Part shown: positions 51,379 to 63,280 of the stretch, one piece after another
Position numbering within the stretch: position 1 is the first letter of the stretch
How the letters are laid out: each line of letters begins with the position of its first letter
Assembly (NCBI GenBank): GCA_028534125.1
Contig: CM052818.1
Coordinates: forward strand, 31,932,001 to 31,996,000
From: Lama glama
Lineage: Eukaryota
Reading direction: 5' to 3'
Length of the DNA: 64,000 nt
The notes under the pieces: model-generated
What the model was told of the DNA's origin: nothing
What the model saw: only the letters and a program-made list of their open reading frames with translations
The model's database searches: none
Program-made: the position numbers and the translations under genes

Positions 51379-51839
51379 TTCTGTTACCGAAATACTTGAC
51401 CTGAAGGAAAAGGACAGAGCCTTGTTATTTTGCTAACCAAAGGAACTGGAGAATATCATGCCACTATATATGCATCTTCAAGGAGGTATTCAGTATAATT
51501 AAGCTTTTGCTGTGCCTAGCACCATGCTTGGCAAGAAGATAATTGACATACATCTGATTCAGTGAAGAGTCTGTAATACCATCAATCACAACTCACTGCT
51601 TCAAAAGTGGAAATTAGAAAATGTCTCTCTCCACTGCCTCACAGATGTTACCCTAGTAGACTTGAGAGTTCTCTATTCTTTGAAAAGTCATGTGACTTTT
51701 TAAAAATGATCAAGAATTTGTGAAACACCCCATGATGCTGAGACTTTTCTTACCGTAACCTTCATGGTTCTCCTTCAAGGCAACACTTTCTCACTAAAAC
51801 TGTGAACTACAGCAATTGCTCATTCTCATCTTCATTGGG

Positions 51840-52050
51840 TGGTTACTACACTCCAGCCAGGATTCTAAGTAGCTCTACTTAAATTAATTAATTTAATCAT
51901 ACAGTAGCCTATGAGTCAGAATTATTATTATACCCATTTTACAGATTAAGTAACTGTCTCAAGGTCACCTAGTTAGTGGGGAAGCAGGAATTTGAAGCCA
52001 AAGAAATCTGGCTAGATGAGCCCCAAGCTGTTAACCACTGTGCTATCATC
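51840..52050 (-). mobile_element. MIR SINE
   Basis: 'ttattatacccattttacagattaagtaactg...tcaaggtcacctagttagt...caggaatttgaagcca'. Confidence 0.85.
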
Positions 52051-53654
52051 TGCTAACGGTATGGAGCCCTTGTAGTTTTTAAAATCTCTTCTTTGGCTTT
52101 TTTGCAGGGGAAGCTACTCATATCCTATGTGGTGGAACTGATTTCCAGCTATGAGTAAGAGGTTTAGCGTATAACGTCCTCCATCTCATTCTTCTAAGTG
52201 ATATTCAGCTACTTAGGAGGGGTTTCCTTCTCTCCCAATGGCATGACTACCTCCGGTTCCTTTGGTTAGCAAAATAACAAGACTCTATCATTTTCCTTTA
52301 TGTCAGGTGTTTTGGTAACAGAAATTGTCAGCTTCAGTGAAACATTATCCTAACTTCCAAGTTACAGAATGATTTTCCTCAGAGTTAATCAAGACCTGAG
52401 GGTTATAAAGGATTTAAAAAGCCCTTTTATCCAAATCTCCATCTAATTTATGATTCTCATTTATAATCTTCCACCAAGCATCATGTTGTATTTTGGTTTA
52501 TCTTTTAATCAGTCAAAGGTGGCCTTGTGCTTGTTGATACTTCCAATAATTAAAATAAAAAATCTTCTTTTGTCTTGTTTTGAATCTTCCATCTCGCTTT
52601 CTTTTATTGTCTCCATCTTTTCTCCTCTTAGAACCTATCTGTCTGCTTGGCATGAACATCCAGTTTAATTACAGTAAAGGAAGAATCCCTTCTTTCAGTT
52701 ATAGAATTATTAACTATATAAATTTAAATTAACCCAACTGCAAGTCAGAATTTTGAAATCATCTTTCTCAGCACCCCTTTGATGAAAGTTCATTTCGTCT
52801 ACTGATTTTTCATACAATTATGTCGTCCATTTTCTTTTCTTTTTTTTAACAATTTTTTTATTGAGCAATAGTCATTTAACAATGTTGTGTCAAATTCCAG
52901 AGTAGAGGACAATTTTTCAGTTATACATGAACATACATATATTCCTTGTCACAACTTTTTTTAGCTGTGATCTACCACAAGATCTTGTATATATTTCCCT
53001 GTGCTATACAGTATAATCTTGTTTATCTATTCTACATTTTAAAATCCCAGACTGCCCCTTCCCACCCCTCTCCCCTTTGGCAACCACAAATCTGTATTCT
53101 ATGTCTATGAGTCTGTTTCTGTTTTATATTTATGTTTTTTTTTTTAGATTCCACATATGAGTGATCTCATATGGTATTTTTCTTTTCCTCTTTCTGGCTT
53201 ACTTCACTTAGAATGACATTCTCCAGGAACATCCATGTTGCTGCAAATAGTGTTATGTTGTCAGTTTTTGTGGCTAAATAGTATTCCATCATATAAATAT
53301 ACCACTTTTTTACCCAGTCATCTATTGATGGACATTTAGGCTGTTTCCATGTCTTGGCTATTGTAAATAGTGCTGCTATGAACATTGGGGTGCAGGTGTC
53401 ATTTTGAAGTAGAGTTCCTTCTGGATATATGCCCGGGAGTGTGCTTCCTGGATCATGTGGCAAGTCTATTCCTAGTCTTTTGAGGAATCTCCATATTGTT
53501 TTCCACAGTGGCTTTCCTTGCTTTCCTCTCCCACTCTTAATGATTTAGATGTCTTCTTTTACAATTTTGTGTTTATTCTGTTTGGAATTCATGGTAGTTA
53601 TCACCTTTCCAGTTATGAGTTTCTCAATTTTGTAGCATCCTGCTTCTTTTCTAT

Positions 53655-55224
53655 TTAGAGTAGACTTGTCAATATTTCTTTTAACATGGGTTTAGGTTCC
53701 GTAAACTCTTTGAGTTTTTGCATGTCTGTGGAGTTCTTTATCTTTCCTTGTATTCTAAAGGATAGCCTTCTGAATAGAGTATCCTAGGCTACATCTTTTT
53801 TCATTCAGGACTTTGAATATATCTTGCCACTCCCTTCTGGCCTGTAGTGTTTGTGTAGAGAAGTCAGCTGAGAGCCTTATAGGGGTTCCCTTGTAACTCA
53901 CTCTTTGTTTTTCTCTTGCTGCCTTTAGGATCATTTCTTTATCCTTGACTCTGGCCATCTTGATTATGATATGTCTTGGTGTGGGTCTGTTTGGGTTCTT
54001 CCTGTTTGGGACCCTCTGAGCCTCCTGTACTTGGATATCTGATTCCTTCTTTAGGTTTGGGAAGTTTTCAGTCATGATTTNNNNNNNNNNNNNNNNNNNN
54101 NNNNNNNNNNNNNNNNNNNNNNNNNNNNNNNNNNNNNNNNNNNNNNNNNNNNNNNNNNNNNNNNNNNNNNNNNNNNNNNNNNNNNNNNNNNNNNNNNNNN
54201 NNNNNNNNNNNNNNNNNNNNNNNNNNNNNNNNNNNNNNNNNNNNNNNNNNNNNNNNNNNNNNNNNNNNNNNNNNNNNNNNNNNNNNNNNNNNNNNNNNNN
54301 NNNNNNNNNNNNNNNNNNNNNNNNNNNNNNNNNNNNNNNNNNNNNNNNNNNNNNNNNNNNNNNNNNNNNNNNNNNNNNNNNNNNNNNNNNNNNNNNNNNN
54401 NNNNNNNNNNNNNNNNNNNNNNNNNNNNNNNNNNNNNNNNNNNNNNNNNNNNNNNNNNNNNNNNNNNNNNNNNNNNNNNNNNNNNNNNNNNNNNNNNNNN
54501 NNNNNNNNNNNNNNNNNNNNNNNNNNNNNNNNNNNNNNNNNNNNNNNNNNNNNNNNNNNNNNNNNNNNNNNNNNNNNNNNTTTTCTCTTGCTGCCTTTAG
54601 GATCATTTCTTTATCCTTGACTCTGGCCATCTTGATTATGATATGTCTTGGTGTGGGTCTGTTTGGGTTCTTCCTGTTTGGGACCCTCTGAGCCTCCTGT
54701 ACTTGGATATCTGATTCCTTCTTTAGGTTTGGGAAGTTTTCAGTCATGATTTCTTCAAATACCTTTTCAATCCCCTTTGTTCTTCCTTCCCCTTCTGGAA
54801 CCCCTATTATGCATACATTTGCATGCTTTATATTATCCCATAGGTCCCTTATATTGTTTTCATTTGTTTTTATTTGTTTATGTTGTAGGTAGCTCTTCTG
54901 ATTGGGTGCTTTCTGTTGTCCTGTCTTCTAGGTCACTTATTCGTTCCTCTGCATTATCTAGCCTGCTTTGTACAGCCTTTAGGTCGGCTCTCATCTCAGC
55001 AAATGAGTTTACCAATTCTACTTGGTTCTTCCTTATAGCTTCTATTTCATTTTTGACATATTTTATATCTCTAAACACTATTTCTTTTAGTTCCTTCAGT
55101 ACTTTGATCAGTCCTTTATTGAAATCTTGGTCATCAGTAGGCCATCAGTGTCTGTTTCCTTGATCGTGCTTTCAGGGGATTTCTCTTGTTCTTTTAATTG
55201 GGAGTGGTTCCTCTGCTTCTTCAT
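53655..55224 (-). pseudogene. L1 ORF1 (RNA-binding chaperone), disrupted
   Basis: Starts MKKQRNHSQLKEQEKSPE at 55224; coiled-coil piece SRLDNAEERISDLEDR; ends KPKPMLKEILTSLL*; has internal stops and frameshifts. Confidence 0.9.
54081..54580. other. Assembly gap (500 N) with overlapping flanks
   Basis: N run; 53909-54080 is identical to 54581-54752. Confidence 1.
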
Positions 55225-55329
55225 ATTGCTCATATCTCTGTGGCACTGTGGCTTAAGGAGTATCAGTTATCTATTGTGGTGCTTAAGGACTTTATTTATT
55301 TATCTGTCTAAAACCTATGCAGGAATAAA

Positions 55330-56428
55330 ACCGGTGGGCAGGCAGGTCACTCCCCCTCCCAATGCTGCAGTCAAATGCTGTGCTCGGGCGAGGCAGGTGG
55401 GCAGATCACACCCCCTCCCAGCACCATGGTCAGGTGCTGCATTCCTGCCAGGAAGGTGGGTGGCTGCCCACCCTCTCCTGGTGCTGGTTGCTCCACTGCT
55501 CTGTGCAGCTGCCCGCTCCGCCTAGGGTAGGTGCTCCCTAGGCGGGCTGGGGGAAGACTGCAGAACAGCCCTACCCCTACTCTGTGCCAAATCTCAGCTC
55601 CTTGTTTGTCTTGGCGGTGCGAGTTCTCTGAGGAACCAGGGCAGAAAGATCCTATCTGCCTCGGCTGCCCAGGAGGTTGCGGCGCCCCGTGGTGAGGATT
55701 CAGGTCTCGGCCCTGCCACCCCCCACCCCCGTCCAGGCGGCGCTGTGCACAGGAGGAGATGGCGGCTGTGGCTGTGCCCCACCTCTATTCTCCTAAGAAG
55801 CGCCAGTAATGGCACCACAGGGCTGAGGAGACTAAGGCTACGGAGCCTCTCCCCGCCAGGTCACACCACCTATGTTGCTTTGCTTTTTTCGCAATTTATG
55901 GGGGACCAAGGTTGTTCTGCTCTGTATGCCCTCCCAGCCATGGCGCGCAGCACCCTACAGTCTCGCAGGGCTGCCTCAGTTGCAGCCACCCCAGTCCTCC
56001 ACCCGGTTCAGGTGGCCTGTCCCAGTCCCCAGCTGCTGGCTCGTGTCTTGGGTTGGGTTTTGCAGGGACCCTCTGTGCCTGTTTAACTTAGTTCAGTCAG
56101 TCAAGGGGTGCTCGGGGCAGATCTGAGCCTCAGAGGCTCCCCCATCCTGTTGGCCTCTCCATTGGAGGGGGGAGACCCAGCAAATGAGCACCAGTCTTCC
56201 TTTCCCGCTCCCTCCCTGCGGGACTGGTCCCACACTGTTCTGCTTGTTCTTCTTCCTTTTTTCCTTTTCTCCTACCAGATTTTTGGCGTCTTTGTCTTTC
56301 GAAGAGGGCGATGTTCTGTCGGAGTTCGGCAGGAGCTCTGGTTGGCTGAGTGGGTCCGTAGATGTGAGTTTTGGTGTATTTGTGGGAGAGGGTGAACTAC
56401 AGGCATCCTTCCACTCTACCATCTTGCT
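55330..56428 (-). promoter_or_regulatory. L1 5' UTR internal promoter (GC-rich, partly CpG-decayed)
   Basis: Most GC- and CpG-rich block in the window; the YY1-like site at the 5' end reads CAAGATGGTAG. Confidence 0.75.
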
Positions 56429-57938
56429 TTATGTCATCCATATTCAAAGAGAGGCCATATATACACTCCTGAAACCATTTAAGTGTTGTCTCTGGTTTTC
56501 ATATTTTTCTTCTCATCTGCAGAGAGGTCCTTTTGTATTTTTTTGGAAGAAACTTGTCAGCTGTGTGACATTCTATCTTTACCTCTTAGGCCCACCTCAG
56601 AGTCTAAATGTCAGCATTTTATGGAAAAAGCACTGGGCTAGAAGCCAAACAACCAAGTGTGTCCTGGTGTGAATTATGCCCTGGGACCCCGGTCAAAGCA
56701 TTAACCTTTGGGAATCCTGGTTTCCTCCTCAAGAACATGGGCATTCTGCCAGCCCTTCCCTTGTCATGGGATTGTTGAGAGGCTCAAAATAGAGCACTCA
56801 GTAAACTGTAATATAGGTTGGTAAATATAAAGCCAAAGCCCTGGTTTCCCAGAATGGGTATAAAGTGGTTAAATATGGAGAATGGGGATGAGAAGTCAGA
56901 GAGCATGAGGACCCAGACTCTCAACTTGACGGTTGATTCTTGTCTATCTGGAGCGTGTGTATGCAGATATCAGGGAGGAGTTGAGATCAAGTTGCTTCAA
57001 AGCTGAGCAGACCTTTTAGTCAGAAGTGTGTCAGTCAGGGTGTTTCAAAGCAACACAGGGAAGAAAATGAGCTGGCAATCATTTGTACAAGTTTATGAAC
57101 ACTAATTAAGCATCCTGTTTGTAATAGCACTGAAGACAGAGTAACACAAACCTTACCTGGGCCATTTTAGGAGGTGGCATTAGTCAGAGGTATGTTACTC
57201 TGGCCACAACTGTGCATTGCCTCCAATGGATCTAAGCATTGTCAGGAACCTTACTTATCTTTTAGACATTTTCTTCAGCAGAATTAACCATCAGTTGGAT
57301 ATCCTGTCAAATTGTGTTTTTCCCAAGATTTTTATAACTCTGGTGCCATCCTATGTCTAAGAACTTCTTTTTAAAGAAGTCTTCACATTAAAGAAGTCTT
57401 CACAGATCCTCTTCCCTCTCCTGTTCCCTTCGAGATTATAAATTCATTCTTTCTCCTTTAAAGTCCTATTTTTAATGATGCTTTTTGAAAAGATAATTGA
57501 AAAAAAATAATTTTATGAGGAAATCTAGGAAACAAAAATTAGCCAAAATGCACATAGTGCTTAATGCAATAAATAGTTCAGTTGTCATTTCCATCATCCA
57601 TCCCAATGGATGAATGTTTTCTGTGTATTTCTTTGAAAAATAGCAAGTCTTTTAGTTATCAGTAATTCTTAATTTTATACCAAAGAAACCCATCCTTGTG
57701 TAATGTTTTGCCTTCTGTGGCATCAATGGCGATGCCTTTTGGGGAAATCTTCCAGCATACTAATCAGTGAAGTCAGAGCTGAGCCCTTCCAAAGGGCAGA
57801 GGCTTCCTCTCCCCAAACAGAGGGGAGCACTGAAGTCACTCTAAGAACACAGGCTTCTGAGGGATCATGTTAGCCAGTTCTCTGTTTCTAGTCAGACTTT
57901 CTCACTCCTTACTCATTTCTGAGCAGTAGCTGTAGATC

Positions 57939-58270
57939 TAGTGGTATATTGGTAAATGTTTAGCAGTTGGCACCCTGTGTATGCGTGTGTCTCTATATGT
58001 ATAGACACATGCATTTAATGTGTATTTTACTGACATGAAAGATGTGCAGTGCACAATTTACAGATAATAATAAGTATTTTTTCTTTGTAAATTCAACTTC
58101 ATTCTCACAGAATGCTTCTGTTGATTTTTGTCAATTTAAAAAATTTGTAGTCAGCATATGGTTGTAGTTAACAAATGAGTGGAGTTCCAACATCAATGTT
58201 GGTTGATAGTTCTATTTATGTTAATAAGTAAGACAAACATGAAACAATAAGATATAGGTTGGAATTCCAG
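57939..58270 (+). mobile_element. MER63-type hAT element
   Basis: Starts 'tagtggtatattggtaaatgtttagcagttggc'; internal 'attctcacagaatgcttctgttgatttttg'; ends near 'ttccagcacattg'. Confidence 0.75.
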
Positions 58271-58449
58271 CACATTGTTATTGTGAGTCCCATTTTCCTT
58301 GAGCTCTTGAGAAGAAAGAAGGTTTCGCCCATGTCCAACCCAAAGCCCTCAGGTTGCATGTTAAGCCAGTCCTCGGCTTTGAACACAAGAACAAATAGAA
58401 AAACACTGTTATGACGTGGGAGAGGAAAGAGCACTCGAAGAATTGAGAT

Positions 58450-59494
58450 TCACTTTTTTTTACATTCTATTATTTTGTCAAAATTGGTACATGTCTGTAG
58501 TTTAAAAAGGCAAATGGTATACAAGACTCATCAATGAACACAGCAGTCCTCTGCCTCAACCCTTTGTTTACTAGGCATGTCAAGATGTGCCTTTCTTTTC
58601 CCTCCACTCTCTCCATAGTGTTATGTTTTAATTTTGTTCAAATCAATATTCATTGTTTATATTATATGGCAATGCAAATGAGATTCATGGCTAAGCCTTT
58701 CTTTTCCTTTCATGCACAATCTTTTATTTTCCCCAAGGGTTTTATTTTGTTTTTGTTTTGTTTTATATTTACATTTAGATTACATTATATTCTTCTGTAT
58801 TAGCTTAGTTTCCTCTGAATTTATCATTGTTTGAATTCCAAACTCTCTGCCAGTTGTCTAAATGTCTGCTCCACATACCAGATGCATTCATTCGCCTACC
58901 AATCTCATCTTCTTTAAGAAATCTCTCCTGGAACCCTCTTCTCTGCTCTGAACTGGATGGGTTACCCTCTGGTATCTGGGCCCTCCCTTCTACCTCACCC
59001 AGAAATTCCCTTGCCTGTCTTGTGTTAGACCTCTCTCTGTCAGCATCCCACTGATACTGGTGGAGCTCATCCACGTGTAGCGTCCTGAGAAAGAGTATTA
59101 GGAAGATAAAACACTTGAGACCTTGTATATCCAACAAAGCCGTTATTTTACCTTCATATTTGATTGGTAGTTTCTCTTAGTATAGAATTCTAGGTTGGAA
59201 GTCATTTATCTTCAGATTTTTGAAGGCATCACTCCATTGTTTTCAAGCTTCTGGCATTTCTATTGAGAAGTTCAAAGCCATTCAGATTCACAGTCTTTGG
59301 AATGGGATCTGTTTTATTTTCCTCTCTGAAACTTTACTTGTGTCTTGCCTTCTGTGTTTTAAAATTTCATGACACTGTGCCTTTTCAGTTTATTTTCATA
59401 TTGTTGTATGGGACCCCTTTAATCTGGAAATTCAAGTTTTTCAGTTGAGAAACATTTCCTTGAATCATTCTGTGGTTAATTTCTTTTCCGTGTA

Positions 59495-59526
<32 letters not shown>

Positions 59527-60660
59527 TGTGTGTGTGTGTGTGTGTGTTGTTCTCTCTGGAACTCTTATTATTAGCATGTTGGGCATCCTGGGCTTGTCAT
59601 TTACTTTTTTCTGTCCTATTTTCTCTCTCTTTATCTTATAAACTTTTTTCTATTTCAACCATAATATTTTTAATTTAATCAGTCCTTTTTTTTTTTTTGC
59701 TCTTTTACTGTTCTTTTTCTATATTACCTAGTTCTTGTTTGCATAAATGCAATGTAGCTTCTTTTATATCTTTTAGGGTATTGAATATATTCTGAATATA
59801 AAATGTTTCCCTTGAACAATTCCTGTTAGATTGTTTTTATTCTGTGTTTGATTTGATTTCCATCTTTCACATTAGAGACTTTTCTCAGATGTCTATGGAC
59901 TCTAGTTTCTGCTCTTTTTAAGAGCAGAGCATTCAAATGCTGTCTAGAAGCTCTGAGCTTGCCACTGGGACTTGTCATTGTGGGCATCACTGTAGGGTGT
60001 GCCTGGGCTATTTTGTTGGAGAACCTTGATGTCAGTGTCTTTAGGTATTTCCTCTTGTGTTGTTCATATCCCCCTAAGAAAGCCCACCTAACCTCGTGCT
60101 TACAGGTATAGGCCTGGTGACCACATCTGTGGAAACCCAGTGGGGAAGAAGTTTGGAAGTCTCGGCATTTAAGATATAAATATCCACTCTTCCCCTCTGT
60201 GTCCAGTACTCTGCTCTCTTCCTCTAGTTGTACCTAGTGTCCCCTGGACCATGGGGCTCCATTTCCCTCAGTCCAGAGAGCCAGCACACCTCCCATTCCT
60301 GCTGTGGGTCCCACTGCTTTTCGAGTAGCCTTCAATCAACCTTCTTTGCTTAGCTCCCCTTCCATCCCATACTCTCAGAGGTAGTAGATTTAATTCCTCA
60401 GCCTTTTAGGGGGTTCTGCTGGGGAAATGGGGCTGCTTCTAGGCCCCCACAATGTCAGCTGAGGATACAGCTTCCTCAGATCTGTTAAATCAGTTAGATA
60501 TCAGCCTAGTCATCCATTTGCCACCCAGTTTCCAAACTGTTGTTGCTGTTGTCTGCTTCCTCATTCTCTTTGTACGTGGGAGTTTGTACCCCTCTTCCTT
60601 CCCATAGCATTTCAGTGCACGTGTACTTCACAGTACCGCTTTTTGTGTGTTACAGTTCGC
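58450..60660 (-). mobile_element. Ancient HAL1-like (half-L1) or old L1M element
   Basis: A 3'-end-like stretch ('gtttaaaaaggcaaatgg...cagcagtcctctgcctc') runs into a degenerate antisense ORF1 signature ('gtatagaattctaggttggaag...ttgaaggcatcactccattg...attgagaagttcaaagcca') and then 5'UTR-like sequence, with no room for ORF2. Confidence 0.6.
59490..59548. repeat. Compound (TG)n(AG)n(TG)n microsatellite
   Basis: Read directly from the sequence. Confidence 0.95.
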
Positions 60661-61099
60661 TGAATATATCTAATCTATCCTCTGAAGGAGGAGATGCATC
60701 CCTTGTGTTTAATAGTCCTTAGTACTTAGCAGTGATAGACAGTATATGCTAAAATGTACTTACACTGAGGACAGTTCAGTGGCCTGGCAGGCACAGGGCT
60801 AGGTGCTGAGGCTCAGACATTGAGGGCCCAGTCTCTGCCCTCAAGGAGCTTATGGTTAGGTGCGGTTTTCTGGGTTTAGTTCTGATTGCTGGCATCTCAG
60901 TGGCTAAAGAAAGAAGGGCTAGTTCTAACCACAAGCTTTCCTTGCTCTCCCTTTATCAGAAAAGAGACATGGAAGGAAGTGAAAGACAGCCTAGAAACAA
61001 AGAGATACAGTGTCTGTAGTTGGTAAAAAAAAAAAAAAAAAGGCAAGACTGAGGTAAGAATGAAAGTGAAGAGACTCCAGTCCCTTTTCATACTCTTTT

Positions 61100-61650
61100 T
61101 TGCCTTTTCTATATGAAAGATTGTTTTTTGATTATGCAGTAATACAAGCTCTTTCTGTATTTGAGAATTAGAGACAGAAGTTAAATTAAAAGCATAAAGT
61201 TGCTGATAATCCTACCACCTTAACCCATTCTGTTATAACTGTGTATATATACAAATACACACACACATAATTTAATGACAGTAGTCATACTGAGTACAGT
61301 ATAATATACTGCTTTTATATTCAATATGACATTGTGAGCTTTTCCTACATCACTAAATTACCTTTGAAAGCGTGATTCTTAATGACTGTAAAATTCTACT
61401 GTGTATTTTAAATTATTTAGGCTTTAAAAATTATTATTATTAATAATGCTTTAATTAATTACATAAAATATCATTTTAACCCATTTCTAATTATTTCTTT
61501 AGAATTTATGTAAGTGGATTTACTGGGTTATGGACAAGGCATTTTTAAAAAGATCATAATGCCTATTATCAAGCAGTCAAACAAAAAAGTTGTACTCATA
61601 CATAGTACCACCAACAGAGGATAAGAGACACTATTTCTCTAGTCCTTCAC

Positions 61651-61685
<35 letters not shown>

Positions 61686-62110
61686 TTTCACAAGCAAATT
61701 TCATTTTTTAAGTTTGCATTTCCATATTTGGTTTAACTATCTCCTCATTTTTCTAGATATTAAGTAACTTTTTAATTACTAGTTTGTTCAGTTTTGCTCC
61801 TTTTAATATTCTTAGGTTTATAATTTTTAATTAATTATTAAGAACTTTATATATCAGTGTAATCAACCTTTTGTTGTGTCTTTTCCTATAATTTATTGTT
61901 TCTTTTTTTTTACATTTGACATCTTCTGACTTATACAAATCAGTAGATTTTTATGTAACCAAAGCTATCCTTCTTTGATGCAATTTCTTCTTGATTTATA
62001 CTGGGAAAGTATACTGAGTACACGTCCTAACAAGAACATGAGTAGGTTTGTTTCTCAAAAAGCCACCAGATTTTCCTGTAGTTGCTCAATTACCATTTAT
62101 TAGGTCCAGT
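61100..62110 (-). mobile_element. Ancient L1ME-like 3' region
   Basis: AT-rich, with 'ctaattatttctttagaatttatgtaagtggatttactgggtta' and 'taccaccaacagaggataagag'; contains (TG)n at 61653-61684. Confidence 0.6.
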
Positions 62111-62899
62111 TTACTTTGGAATCTGAAGGCTGGCTCAGATGCTGGATGTGAAGATTAGGCTCTTTAGAACTCTGGCTCCCTTTGCTAAATCTGTCCATTG
62201 TCCCCTCTGCTGCTTTCACAGAGAGGATGTGCTGGTTGCTGGCAGAACCACAGACATTGCCACAACTGTCATCAGATCTCTAAACCATGAAAATTCCCTG
62301 GTAGCCCCTTGAGATACTCCAGCCTATAATCCACCTTAATTTGAAAGTCCTAGGATTCTCCCCAGAACACTTGCTTAAACAAGAAATAGTAAAGTGCTCC
62401 AGGTACCAGCTGACAGCCGGATGGTAACAAGTCATTTTTCTCTCCTTGTAGCTACCTAATGAGTAATCGTCAGAACTTCCCCCAGACTGGGGCTCAAAAA
62501 CGAGCAGTGCTCCTTGGAGTTATGTCCTTTCATCTTTCCTGCTTGACATCCCTGTTGATAGGACATGAGATGCCGGGCCAGATGGCGCTAGGCACATTAT
62601 ACAGATGAGTGGCAGGAGTCCAGGTGTGCCAAGCAGGGGGAGGAGGCAGGGAAGAAACTGGATATTTCATCACTGGCATGTACTAGAAAGAACAGTTCCA
62701 GCTGGGGCCTGTCTCTTCTTGAGAGCCTAGGTGATTGATGTTCTAAACAGATTCTGAAATGCCTGTTTCACTAAGGGTTCAGGAAAAATGAATACATGCA
62801 TCCTAATAACTTCATCTTCCATTATGAAGAGAGGAAGTATAGTTTGTGGTGGAAAGAGTGCTGTGCTAGGAGCCAGAGGCCCTGGGTTCTACTCCCTCA

Positions 62900-63010
62900 T
62901 AGGGTGACCATTGTGCTGGTTTGCCTGGGATTGACGGAATGCCCAGGACACAGGTTGCCTCATTTTAAAATTGCCACAGTCCTGAGAAACTGATATGGTT
63001 GGTCTGTTAG
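62900..63010. mobile_element. MER81/MER94-type hAT-Blackjack MITE, nested in a MIR
   Basis: 'tagggtgaccattgtgctggtttgcctggga...cccaggaca...ttttaaaa...agtcctgagaaactg...gttggtc'. Confidence 0.75.
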
Positions 63011-63129
63011 GCTACTATGTGGCCATGGTCATGCCATTGATCCTGCTGACCCCCTGTCCCCTGACATCTATCCCTGCTATGCCTTTTAAAATTTGAAGTA
63101 AGAATCACCACGGTATTGGAAGGCAGAGC

Positions 63130-63280
63130 AAGTTAAAAGTTGGGTGACCTTGATCAGGTTACTTAATCTCTTTAAGCTAAGTCTTATTTCCTTGTCTCTA
63201 CAATGAGGGTAATACTAGTGAATATCTAATCAGATTACTGTGAAAATCAAATGAAAAGTGAAAATTATATGTAAATTCCT
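63130..63280 (+). mobile_element. MIR SINE
   Basis: 'gggtgaccttgatcaggttacttaatctct...tacaatgagggtaatactagt'. Confidence 0.75.

Larger units (their letters stand above)
52835..56428 (-). mobile_element. LINE-1 with complete 5' UTR, ORF1 and 3' end but almost no ORF2
   Basis: 5' start 'gcaagatggtagagtgg', GC-rich 5' UTR, ORF1 peptides (ENFPNL...NRPTPRHIIIKM...PIRLSADFS), junction at 53513/53514, 3' UTR and poly(A); TSD ttatgtc(g/a)tccat(t/a)ttc at 52818-52834 and 56429-56445. Confidence 0.96.

Noticed and set aside
53755..54747. ORF1 with an apparent internal domain duplication
   Set aside because: The duplicate is nucleotide-identical and abuts the N gap, so it is best explained as a contig overlap.
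55127..56672. Antisense ORFs in the L1 5' UTR (ORF0-like?)
   Set aside because: GC-rich sequence has few stop codons. ORF0 is described for primate L1, and I see no similarity.
4985..57404. Scattered short direct repeats as a CRISPR-like or other array
   Set aside because: Each has only two copies, the sequences are unrelated and there is no spacer periodicity. The DNA is mammalian.
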